64,000 nucleotides of DNA from Gemmatimonadales bacterium (GTDB lineage: Bacteria > Gemmatimonadota > Gemmatimonadetes > Gemmatimonadales > GWC2-71-9): the NCBI GenBank assembly GCA_036262935.1, contig DATAHW010000058.1, forward strand, positions 6,024 through 70,023. The letters are read 5' to 3'. Under the pieces are notes generated by a model that had not been told where the DNA came from, searched no databases, and saw only the letters and a program-made list of their open reading frames with translations. Position numbers and translations under genes: made by a program. Each line of letters starts with the position of its first letter. The first letter of the stretch is position 1. This document shows, in pieces, positions 8,266 through 16,443 of this stretch.

Positions 8266-10249
8266 GTCCCATCAGGCGCTGCACGTGGGCCGCCAAGGTG
8301 TCGGGGGAAAACGGCTTCTGCAGGAACTCGTGTCCGGCCGAGAGCCCCTGCCTCACGACGTCGCCGTCGGGGTGGCCGGACAGGAACAGCACGGGAACGG
8401 TGAGCCCCCGCCCGGCCAGCCTGGTTGCCAGCTCCGCTCCCCCCATGACCGGCATGGCGAGATCCGTCACCAGCAGGCACAGGTCCCCCCCGAGGCCTGC
8501 CTCCAGGTGCGCCAGGGCTTCCGCGCCCTGACCCGCCTCGACCACCCGGAAGCCCTCCTCGGTAAGCACGCGGGTGATGAGCGAGCGGACCGACACCTCG
8601 TCCTCGGCCACGATTGCCACGCCGCGTGAGTGCCGCTCCGCCGCCGCCGCCGCACTCGGCACCGGAGCATCCGTCACGCCGGGCCTGACCCCAGTGGATC
8701 GAGGCAGATAGATCGTCAGCTTTGCCCCCGCCCTGCGGGCGCTCTCCGCCGTCACATAGCCGCCGCTCTGCCGGACGATGCCATAGACGGTCGAGAGCCC
8801 GAGCCCCGTGCCCTGCCCTGTCGGCTTGGTGGTGAAGAAGGGCTCGAACGCCCGCCGCAGGGTCAGCTCATCCATGCCCACGCCCGTATCGCTCACGCTC
8901 AGCGTCACATAGTGCCCGGGTACGGCCTCCTGCCCGCCATCGATCGAATTGCCCGCGCGTACCTCCACGTTCGCCGTCTGGATGCGAAGCACGCCCCCTT
9001 CCGGCATCGCGTCGCGGGCATTCAGGATGAGGTTGAGGAGCGCCTGCCCGAGCTGTCCGCGATCGGCCGTCGCAACCGCGAGATCGGGGGCGAGCGAGAG
9101 CTGCAGCTCGATCCGCGGCCCCAGCGTCCGGGAGAGGATAGTCTCCATTTCGGTGACGATGGTGTTGAGCGCCAGCTCCTCCGGCCGCAGCAGTTGGCGC
9201 CGTCCGAAGGCGAGCAACTGGGCCGTGATGTTGGCGCTGCGCCGTGCCGCCCGCTCGATCTGGTCGAGGTCCGCCCGGAACCCCTCAGGCACATCGGACC
9301 GGCGCAGCAGGAAGTCCGCCGACCCGAGCACCACGGTCATCTGGTTGTTCACCTCGTGCGCGACCCCTCCGGCCAACTGGCCCACGGCGTCCATGCGCTG
9401 GGACTGCTGCAGTTGCTCCTCGGCGCGCCGGCGCTCCGTCACATCACGGAAGAACACCGCCATGCCATCGGGCGTGGCGTACGCGTGGATCTCGAGCCAG
9501 CGCGCATGGGCGGGATACCACTGCTCGAACGACCTGGGGGCGCGATCGGCCATGACGCGCCGATACTCCTGCTCGGCCCGGGTGCCCAGGAGGTCAGGCC
9601 ACAGTTCCCACATCGTGTGACCGTGCAACGCCTCACCGGGCAGGCCGGGCGCCTCCAGGCCATAGCCCCGGAGCATGCTCGCCGCCTGGTGATTCATGTA
9701 GCTGATCCGCCACTCGCGATCGAACGCGATGTAGGCGTCCGGCGTGCCCTCGAGCACCGCCCCGAGCGTGCGCTCCGCCGCTTCGCGGCGCGCCATTTCG
9801 ACCTCCAGCGCGACCACCCGGTCGGCCGCCAGTTGGGCGCTCGCCGCTGCCGCCTGTCCCTGCCGCTCCGCCTCCCGCGCGAAGCGTTCGGTACGCCGCC
9901 GAGCCATATGCTGGGCCGTGCCCAAGCCTACCAGCAGCAGGTTGTTGAAGACATTGATGCCGAGCGCCAGGATCGTGTCCCGGCTGGGCGCGCCGAACCC
10001 TGCCTGGGGAGGCAGGAGGAAGAACCACACCCCGAGCGTGCCAAGCGTCAACGCGGTCAGCCCGGGCCCCAGCCCCCCGAACCAGGTGGCCACGTATACC
10101 CCGACAAAGAGCGTGATGAAGGGGTAGGCCGTCGGCAGGATCGGGCGCAGGGCCTCCCGCCCCAGGACCACGGCCGCGGCGCACACGACGGCCACGGCGT
10201 AGCCGTGCCAGCCGCGAGAAGCCGGCCGTGGCGTGGGACTCGACGTCAT
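8186..10249 (-). CDS. Hybrid sensor histidine kinase/response regulator (TM sensor, PAS, HisKA, HATPase_c, REC)
   Basis: I prefer the ATG at 10249 (MTSSPTPRP..). H-box GGVAHEVNNQMTVV; N/G boxes LNLILNARDAM, DTGVGM, GTGLGLS; C-terminal receiver VAIVAEDE..LLVTDLAMPVMGG..KPF. The non-homologous tail overlaps the DUF779 3' end by 80 nt. Confidence 0.8.
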   Translation of the reverse strand: MTSSPTPRPASRGWHGYAVAVVCAAAVVLGREALRPILPTAYPFITLFVGVYVATWFGGLGPGLTALTLGTLGVWFFLLPPQAGFGAPSRDTILALGINVFNNLLLVGLGTAQHMARRRTERFAREAERQGQAAAASAQLAADRVVALEVEMARREAAERTLGAVLEGTPDAYIAFDREWRISYMNHQAASMLRGYGLEAPGLPGEALHGHTMWELWPDLLGTRAEQEYRRVMADRAPRSFEQWYPAHARWLEIHAYATPDGMAVFFRDVTERRRAEEQLQQSQRMDAVGQLAGGVAHEVNNQMTVVLGSADFLLRRSDVPEGFRADLDQIERAARRSANITAQLLAFGRRQLLRPEELALNTIVTEMETILSRTLGPRIELQLSLAPDLAVATADRGQLGQALLNLILNARDAMPEGGVLRIQTANVEVRAGNSIDGGQEAVPGHYVTLSVSDTGVGMDELTLRRAFEPFFTTKPTGQGTGLGLSTVYGIVRQSGGYVTAESARRAGAKLTIYLPRSTGVRPGVTDAPVPSAAAAAERHSRGVAIVAEDEVSVRSLITRVLTEEGFRVVEAGQGAEALAHLEAGLGGDLCLLVTDLAMPVMGGAELATRLAGRGLTVPVLFLSGHPDGDVVRQGLSAGHEFLQKPFSPDTLAAHVQRLMGPTPPVRSGAGTRPATPAPPDRTPAIG

Positions 10250-10358
10250 GCCCGCTCCTTGCGGCAGAAGAGGCAGCGTACGTTCTCGGGGACGCACCGG
10301 CAGGAACCTCTCGAACGGCGCGTACAGCAAGATAACGCTCAACCGGGCAAACGACCGA

Positions 10359-10383
10359 AGCGGCCGCCCGATGGGCCGCCGCT
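10359..10383 (-). terminator. GC-rich hairpin downstream of pilC (11-bp stem with one mismatch, 3-nt loop)
   Basis: AGCGGCGGCCC-ATC-GGGCGGCCGCT on the minus strand, 50 nt after the pilC stop, followed by TCGGTCGTTTGCC. Confidence 0.4.
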
Positions 10384-10432
10384 CCGGTGTACAGCGCGTT
10401 TGGGAGGCTGGGTGCCTGGGGCGACGGGCCCG

Positions 10433-11635
10433 CTACTGCACCGCGTTCATCATATCGAAGATCGGCAGGTACATCGCGATGACCATCCCACCCACGATCA
10501 CCCCCAAAACCACGATCATCATCGGCTCCATCATGCTGAGCAGCGCGCTGACGGCGACGTCCACCTCCTCGTCGTAGAAGTCCGCGATCTTGCTCAGCAT
10601 CTCGTCGAGGCCGCCGGTCTGCTCGCCCACCGCGATCATCGAGATGACCATCGGCGGGAACACCTTCGACTTCTCCAGCGGCGCCGCGATCGTCTCGCCG
10701 CCCGCGATACTCTGGCGCGACTCCATGACGGCGTTGTGGACCACCTGGTTGCCCGCCGTCTTGGCCGTGATCTCGAGCCCCTCGAGAATCGAGACGCCCG
10801 AGCTCACCAGCGTGCCCAGCGTCCGGGTGAAGCGCGACACCGCCGACTTCCGGATCACGTCGCCCAGCACCGGCGCCTTGAGCAGGATGGCGTCGATCTG
10901 GAGGCGGCCGGCCGCCGTGGCGTAGTAGCTCCGGATGGAGAAGATGATGCCGCCGACGGCCAGCAGGATGGCCCACCAGAATCCGATCAGGAAGTGCGAC
11001 ATCCCGATCACCACCCGCGTCGGGAGCGGCAGCTCCAGGTTGGCGGAGGCGAACATGGTCTGGAACGTGGGGATCACGAACACGAGCAGGATGCAGATGG
11101 CGATCGCCGCCACCGACATGATCACGCCCGGGTAGATCATCGCGCCCTTCACCTTCCGCACCAGGGCGTCGTTCTTTTCCAGGAATGTGGCCAGCCGGAG
11201 CAGAATCGTGTCCAGGATGCCGCCGGCCTCGCCCGCGGCCACCATGTTCACGTAGAGCGCCGAGAACGCCTTGGGGTGCTTGGAGAAGGCGTCGGCCAGC
11301 GTGTTGCCGCTCTCCACGTCATACACCACGGCCCGGGTGACGTCGGCCAGGGCCTTGTTCTCGGTCTGCGAGGCCAGGATGTTGAGCGACTGCACCAGCG
11401 GCAGACCGGCGTTGATCATCGTGGCGAACTGGCGCGTAAAGATGACCACGTCCCGCGTCTTGATGCGGGGCGCGCCCATGCTGAGCTTGATCTGCTTGGG
11501 CGCTTCCCGCACGCTCACCAGGATCAGGCGGTTCTTCCGCAGATGCGCGGTGACGTCGTCCCTGGTGGGGACGTCGAGCTGGCCCTTCTGGATCTGCCCG
11601 GTCTGCGAGCGGGCGGTGTACTCGAACATCGGCAT
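10433..11635 (-). CDS. pilC: Type IV pilus platform protein PilC (GspF family)
   Basis: 400 aa with duplicated T2SS-F domains and 3 TM segments, directly downstream of pilT and pilB. Confidence 0.85.
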   Translation of the reverse strand: MPMFEYTARSQTGQIQKGQLDVPTRDDVTAHLRKNRLILVSVREAPKQIKLSMGAPRIKTRDVVIFTRQFATMINAGLPLVQSLNILASQTENKALADVTRAVVYDVESGNTLADAFSKHPKAFSALYVNMVAAGEAGGILDTILLRLATFLEKNDALVRKVKGAMIYPGVIMSVAAIAICILLVFVIPTFQTMFASANLELPLPTRVVIGMSHFLIGFWWAILLAVGGIIFSIRSYYATAAGRLQIDAILLKAPVLGDVIRKSAVSRFTRTLGTLVSSGVSILEGLEITAKTAGNQVVHNAVMESRQSIAGGETIAAPLEKSKVFPPMVISMIAVGEQTGGLDEMLSKIADFYDEEVDVAVSALLSMMEPMMIVVLGVIVGGMVIAMYLPIFDMMNAVQ

Positions 11636-11650
11636 CGGCAGGGCCTCCGA

Positions 11651-12781
11651 TTAACGACGGCCGGCGGTGGCGCGCTGGTTTCCGTTGACGGTCGCGATGT
11701 CCTGCTCCTCCATCGGCGTCACGCCGATCATCCGGAGGAACTCCTTCGGCTCCGAGGACACGCGCTCGCACTCCTCCTGGGTCACCTCGCGGCTGGTGTA
11801 GAGCTGGAACAGCGCGTCGTTCATGGTCTGCATCCCGTGCTTCTTGCCCGACTGCATCGCGGAGTAGATCTGGTGGATCTTGTCGTCGCGGATGAGCGCG
11901 CGGATGGCGGGCGTGGCCACCATGATCTCGCAGGCCATGACCCGGCCGCGACCGCGCTGCTTGGGGAGCAGGGTCTGGGTCACGACGCCCTCGAGCACGA
12001 ACGCGAGCTGCGCCCGGACCTGCGACTGCTGGTTCGAGGGGAAGACGTCGATGATGCGGTTGATCGATTCCGCCGCGGAGTTGGTGTGCAGCGTCGCCAG
12101 AGCCAGGTGGCCGGTCTCCGCGATCGTGAGCGCGGCGGCGATGGTTTCGAGATCGCGCATCTCGCCCACCAGGATCACGTCCGGATCCTCTCGCAGCGCA
12201 TACTTGAGCGCGGTGGCGAAGCTCTTGGTGTCGGTGCCGATCTCCCGCTGGTTGACGATGCAGCCCTGGTGGCGGTGGATGAACTCGATCGGGTCTTCCA
12301 CCGTGATGATGTGGCCCTTCCGCTCCTTGTTGATCTTGTCGATGATGGCCGCCAGCGTGGTGCTCTTACCCGAGCCGGTCGGCCCCGTTACCAGGATCAG
12401 CCCCCGCGGGCGCTCGGCCAGCTTGGCGATGACCGGCGGCAGCCCCAACTCGTTGAAGGTTCGCACATTGAACGGAATCATGCGGATTACCATGGACACG
12501 CAGCCGCGCTGCTTGAAGCAGTTGCCGCGGAATCGGGCCAGATTCTGGATGCCGAACGAGAAATCGAGCTCGTCCTCGGTCTCGAAGCGCTTCTTCTGGT
12601 TCTCGGTCAGGACCGAGTAGGCCAGGTGGAGGGTGTCCTTGGGCGTCAGGATCTCGGCGACCGAGCTGTCGGCCATGTCTCCGTCGATGCGCAGCTTGGG
12701 CCGCTCGCCCGTGCTGATGTGCAGGTCGGAGGCCTCCTTCTCGATCATCTCCTCCAGCAATGCCCGCAGATTGAAGCTCAT
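11651..12781 (-). CDS. pilT: Twitching-motility retraction ATPase PilT
   Basis: Walker A GPTGSGKST, VGEMRDLETI, and a PilT-type AIRALIRDDKIHQI motif. ATGA overlap with the pilB stop. Confidence 0.85.
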   Translation of the reverse strand: MSFNLRALLEEMIEKEASDLHISTGERPKLRIDGDMADSSVAEILTPKDTLHLAYSVLTENQKKRFETEDELDFSFGIQNLARFRGNCFKQRGCVSMVIRMIPFNVRTFNELGLPPVIAKLAERPRGLILVTGPTGSGKSTTLAAIIDKINKERKGHIITVEDPIEFIHRHQGCIVNQREIGTDTKSFATALKYALREDPDVILVGEMRDLETIAAALTIAETGHLALATLHTNSAAESINRIIDVFPSNQQSQVRAQLAFVLEGVVTQTLLPKQRGRGRVMACEIMVATPAIRALIRDDKIHQIYSAMQSGKKHGMQTMNDALFQLYTSREVTQEECERVSSEPKEFLRMIGVTPMEEQDIATVNGNQRATAGRR

Positions 12782-14490
12782 CCGGCTGTCTCCTTGACCA
12801 CTTCTTCGAGGGTGGTGACACCGCGCTCGACCTTCTTCATGCCGTCCATGCGCAAGGTGAGCATCCCCTCGGATACCGCCTGCTCCTGCATCTCGGAGAC
12901 GGAGGCACCGCGGAGAATCATCCGGCGCAGTTCGGGCGACATGGCCATCACTTCATACAGGCCCGCCCGGCCCTTGTAGCCGGTCCCGCTGCAGGTATCG
13001 CAGCCGGTCCCCTTCATGAACGGTATCGCGCGCAGCTTCTCAATATCCGTGCCCAGGGGGGACAACTGCTCGTCGGTGTACTTGTGCGGACCTTTGCAGT
13101 CCTTGCAGATCCGTCGCACCAGCCGCTGTGCCACCACCAGATTGACGGCGCTGGCCACGTTGAACGCCTCGATGCCCATGTCGATCATTCGCGTAATCGT
13201 GCTCGGCGCGTCGTTGGTGTGGAGCGTCGAGAGCACCAGGTGGCCGGTGAGCGCGGCCTTGATGGCGATGCCGCCGGTTTCCAGGTCCCGGATCTCGCCG
13301 ATCATGATGATGTTCGGGTCCTGCCGCAGGAACGCCTTGAGTGCCGCCGCGAACGTCAGGCCGATCTCCGTGCGCACCAGCACCTGATTGATGCCCATCA
13401 GGTTGTACTCGACGGGGTCCTCCGCCGTCATGATGTTCACTTCGGGCGTGTTGACCCGCGAGAGCGCGGAGTAGAGCGTCGTGGTCTTGCCCGAGCCCGT
13501 CGGGCCGGTGACGAGCACCATGCCATACGGGTTCAGGATGGCCTTCATGAGGTCCTTCTCCGCCTTCACCTCGAAGCCGAACTTGGTCAGGTCGAGCGTC
13601 AGATTGCCCTTGTCCAGGATCCGGAGCACGATCTTCTCGCCGTAGAGCACCGGCAGGGTCGAGACGCGGAAGTCGATGACGCGGTTTCCCATCTTGAGCT
13701 TGAGGCGGCCGTCCTGCGGCACCCGCCGCTCGGCGATGTTGAGCTGCGAGAGGATCTTGATGCGGGAGGTGAGCGCCGCCTTCATCCGGAGCGGCGGCCG
13801 CATGATCTCGAGGAGCGAGCCGTCGATTCGGTAGCGCACCCGGATCTCGTGCTCGAACGGTTCGATGTGGATGTCGCTCGCGCCGCGCTTGACCGCCTCG
13901 ACCAAAAGCCCGTTGATCAGCTTCACCACCGGCGCATCCTCGATCTGCGCCTGGGTGACCGTCTCCTCCTCCCGCTCCTCGACGACCTCGAGGTCCTCGC
14001 CCGCCTCCATGTCGCGCAGGATGCTCTGCAGCTCCTGCTCGTTGCTGGCCTGGTAGTGCTTCTCGATCAGGCCGCGCAACGTGTACTCCCCCGCGATGAC
14101 CGGGAAGAGATCGAAACGGGTGACGAACTTGAGGTCCTCGAGCAACCCCATGTCGCTCGGATCGGCCATGGCGACGGTGAGGGTCCGGCCTTCCCGCTTG
14201 AGCGGCAGCACCATGCCCTTGGCCGCCATATCGCCGGGGACCAGCTTCAGGATCTTGGGATCCACGTCGAACCGGGACAGATCGACCGCCGGCATCCGGT
14301 ATTGGCGGGCGAGGACCTTGGTGACCTCGAGCTCCGGCACGAAGCCCAGCTTGACCAGGAGATACCCCAGGCGCTGCTTCGTGGCCTTCTGCTCCACGAG
14401 CGCCTGACCGAGCTGCTCGCGCGAGAGAAGACCGTCGCGCAGGAGGGTTTCGCCGAGCCGGTCGCTGTTGCCGGCGGCCGCGGTGGCCAT
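12778..14490 (-). CDS. pilB: Type IV pilus assembly ATPase PilB (GspE family)
   Basis: N-terminal GspE_N-type domain, Walker A GPTGSGKTT, IGEIRDLET, and a tetracysteine motif CKDC..CDTC. Confidence 0.85.
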   Translation of the reverse strand: MATAAAGNSDRLGETLLRDGLLSREQLGQALVEQKATKQRLGYLLVKLGFVPELEVTKVLARQYRMPAVDLSRFDVDPKILKLVPGDMAAKGMVLPLKREGRTLTVAMADPSDMGLLEDLKFVTRFDLFPVIAGEYTLRGLIEKHYQASNEQELQSILRDMEAGEDLEVVEEREEETVTQAQIEDAPVVKLINGLLVEAVKRGASDIHIEPFEHEIRVRYRIDGSLLEIMRPPLRMKAALTSRIKILSQLNIAERRVPQDGRLKLKMGNRVIDFRVSTLPVLYGEKIVLRILDKGNLTLDLTKFGFEVKAEKDLMKAILNPYGMVLVTGPTGSGKTTTLYSALSRVNTPEVNIMTAEDPVEYNLMGINQVLVRTEIGLTFAAALKAFLRQDPNIIMIGEIRDLETGGIAIKAALTGHLVLSTLHTNDAPSTITRMIDMGIEAFNVASAVNLVVAQRLVRRICKDCKGPHKYTDEQLSPLGTDIEKLRAIPFMKGTGCDTCSGTGYKGRAGLYEVMAMSPELRRMILRGASVSEMQEQAVSEGMLTLRMDGMKKVERGVTTLEEVVKETAG

Positions 14491-14553
14491 GGTCCAGTGA
14501 AGTCCGGATCTGGGGGTGGTCAGGGATTGTGGCTGGAAGCGGGACCGGGGGAG

Positions 14554-15204
14554 TCAAGGACCGCTCACCCGGAGACGTCCCTGCAACCTGCCAAGGGCGG
14601 CCGGACCAAAACCCGGCACCCGAGCCAATTCCTGCACAGCACGGAATGGGCCGTTGGCCTCCCGAAACGCGAGGATCGCGCGCGCACGCGCTAACCCGAT
14701 TCCCGGCAGAGCGTCAAACTCCGAGACACCGGCTGTATTGAGATCCACTACGTTCGGCAGCCCCGGAGCGCCCGATCCATCGGCGCTTACCCGCGGCTCG
14801 GCAGACCCACGCGGCTGTCCGGAGAAGGCGAGATGCGGGCCCAGGGTGGCGAGCAACCCCGGACCCACGCCGGCCACACGGTCGAGCCCGTTGAGGCTGC
14901 CGAATGGCCCGTTGGCCTCGCGATCCGCCACGATCCTCTTGGCGAGCGCCAGACCTACTCGGGGCAGACGCGCGAGCTCCTCCGCGCCCGCCCGGTCCGC
15001 ATCGATGCGCTCATCCGGCGCGAGTGGTCGTGACAGTGCGAGGATGCTGTCCCGGTGGGCGGCCGGCGAGCGCGGCGGAAGCGCTGCAAGCAGTTGCACC
15101 TCTCCGGGCGCCTCCCCAGGACGGGTCAACCACCACCGAACTCCCTGACCTGCAAGAGCCAGGGACAGGAGGAGCAGCAGCGCACGACGCTCGGCGGCGG
15201 ACAT
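14554..15204 (-). CDS. comEA: ComEA-like DNA-binding protein with two helix-hairpin-helix modules
   Basis: I prefer the ATG at 15204 (MSAAERRALLLLLSLALAG, membrane anchor). The 330-aa ORF-track version runs upstream into a repeat element. There are two HhH units: AEELARLPRVGLALAKRIVADREANGPF and VSEFDALPGIGLARARAILAFREANGPF. Confidence 0.7.
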   Translation of the reverse strand: MSAAERRALLLLLSLALAGQGVRWWLTRPGEAPGEVQLLAALPPRSPAAHRDSILALSRPLAPDERIDADRAGAEELARLPRVGLALAKRIVADREANGPFGSLNGLDRVAGVGPGLLATLGPHLAFSGQPRGSAEPRVSADGSGAPGLPNVVDLNTAGVSEFDALPGIGLARARAILAFREANGPFRAVQELARVPGFGPAALGRLQGRLRVSGP

Positions 15205-15230
15205 GTCCCACGCTAGCGCGGTGAGCAAAA

Positions 15231-15450
15231 GGGAAGGAGGCGGAAACGCGCGGGGCGGGGCGGAAAGCCGGAGGGAGGAAAAGTCGGAAGGCCGTGAGCC
15301 AGCCAGCACTGTCATCCCGAGCGGAGCGAGGGACCTACTCACCCGGAGTCCGAACTCGGCCAGGCTAGGTCCCTCGCTCCGCTCGGGATGACAGTGCCGA
15401 CGCCCGCGCCGTTCCGTCCTTCCGTCTTTCCGTCCTTCAGTCCTTCCGTC
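15231..15450. repeat. Family A nested palindromic repeat, copy A1: purine-rich 8-nt periodic left flank, GTGAGCC, 90-bp hairpin core (15307-15396), pyrimidine-rich (TCCGTCYT)n right flank
   Basis: Core arms are CACTGTCATCCCGAGCGGAGCGAGGGACC and GGTCCCTCGCTCCGCTCGGGATGACAGTG. The same core recurs at 25288-25373 and 54454-54542. Confidence 0.85.
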
Positions 15451-16349
15451 TACTCCTCCCTCCGCACCAGCGCCACCGCCACGTCGCCGACGATCTGGAG
15501 GCTCGCGGCGCTCACTTTGTCGATGGTGTCGTCCGGGGTGTGCCACGAGGGGTAATCGAAGTCTACGACATCGATGGCGCGGATGCCGACTTTCTGGAGC
15601 TCGAGATGGTCGTCGATCAGCGTGTGCTTCGGCGTGGCTACGAACGTGCCGGCGTAGCCGAGGTCCTTGGCGGTGTCCCAGACGAGCTCGACCACCTCGG
15701 GCGCGCCGACTAGGGAGTTCCCCTCCTCGAAGATCTGCAGGTCCTTGTCGGCCACCAGGTCGAAGAGTACTGCGTAGAGCGGCTGCGGTCCCGCTACCGG
15801 ATGCGTCGCGTAGTAGCGCGAGCCGATGAGCACGTCATTGGGGGCGTTGGTGAAGTCGCCGTAGTCCTCGCCATCCACGAAGAGCAGATCCACGCCGACC
15901 GACGGGGGCGCGCGCTTGAGCACGTCCGCCACGCCCAGCAGCACGGCCACGCCGGAACCACCGTCGTTCGCGCCGGGAACCGGCTTGGTCGAGTCGCTCG
16001 AGGCCGGCCCGTCGGCCGTGGGCCGGCTGTCCCAGTGCGCCAGGAACAGGATGCGTTTGGCCGCCCCCGGCTTGAATCGGGCGATGAAGTTGGTAAGCGG
16101 AAGCGAGTCGCCCTTCGCGGTCACATGGGTCCACGACTGCACGACCACCGTGTCGGCCCGCTGCCGGAGCAGACTGTCGAGCCACGCGGCGGCGCGCCGG
16201 TGCGCCTCCGTCCCGGGAATCCGCGGCCCGAAACCGACCTGGGTCTCGATGTACTGGAAGGCTGTGGTCCCCGCGAACTCGCGGGCGTGAGAAGTCCGGT
16301 CGTGACACCCGGCGACCAGGATGAAAACCAGCAAGGCAATGCGGCGCAT
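15450..16349 (-). CDS. M28-fold lipoprotein, either glutaminyl-cyclase-like or an aminopeptidase
   Basis: I prefer the ATG at 16349 (MRRIALLVFILVAGC, lipobox). Motifs: AHWDSRPTAD, GANDGGSGVAVLL, FVDGEDYG, SWHTPDDT. It is the next gene downstream of sprA on the same strand. Confidence 0.6.
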   Translation of the reverse strand: MRRIALLVFILVAGCHDRTSHAREFAGTTAFQYIETQVGFGPRIPGTEAHRRAAAWLDSLLRQRADTVVVQSWTHVTAKGDSLPLTNFIARFKPGAAKRILFLAHWDSRPTADGPASSDSTKPVPGANDGGSGVAVLLGVADVLKRAPPSVGVDLLFVDGEDYGDFTNAPNDVLIGSRYYATHPVAGPQPLYAVLFDLVADKDLQIFEEGNSLVGAPEVVELVWDTAKDLGYAGTFVATPKHTLIDDHLELQKVGIRAIDVVDFDYPSWHTPDDTIDKVSAASLQIVGDVAVALVRREE

Positions 16350-16370
16350 GGGCAGGAAGGTAACAGGGAG

Positions 16371-16443
16371 AGGACGGACGGAAAGACGGAAGGCCGTGAG
16401 CCAGCCGACGTCCGCGCCGTTCCGTCCTTCCGTCCTTCCGTCT
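16371..16443. repeat. Family A flank-only copy (A4), an 'empty site' without the hairpin core
   Basis: GGACGGACGGAAAGACGGAAGGCCGTGAGCCAGCC|GACGTCCGCGCCGTTCCGTCCTTCCGTCCTTCCGTC matches the sequence on both sides of the A1 core almost base for base, but lacks the roughly 94-bp core. Confidence 0.75.

Noticed and set aside
8630-12979. Very long ORFs antisense to, or out of frame with, well-supported genes. Examples: 8630-12979 (1449 aa), 16517-20377 (1286 aa), 42900-45863 (987 aa), 29915-32338 (807 aa), 39655-41478, 22618-24237, 25129-26910, 57648-59366 and 59550-61622.
   Set aside because: Their translations are Arg/Gly/Pro/Ala/His-rich low-complexity strings with no recognisable motifs. They lie opposite to, or shifted from, genes with clear family signatures (pilC/pilT, sprA, TBDR, ctaAB, lptF, nadB, kup). 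Long stop-free alternative frames are expected at about 70% GC.
15397-15450. Short periodic repeats (8-nt units at 15410-15450, 25375-25443 and 54362-54440), considered as a possible CRISPR array or coding collagen-like repeat.
   Set aside because: The unit length of 8 nt has no spacers, which is far too short for CRISPR. The period is not a multiple of 3, and the tracts occur as inverted pairs around a hairpin core, so they are structural repeat flanks.
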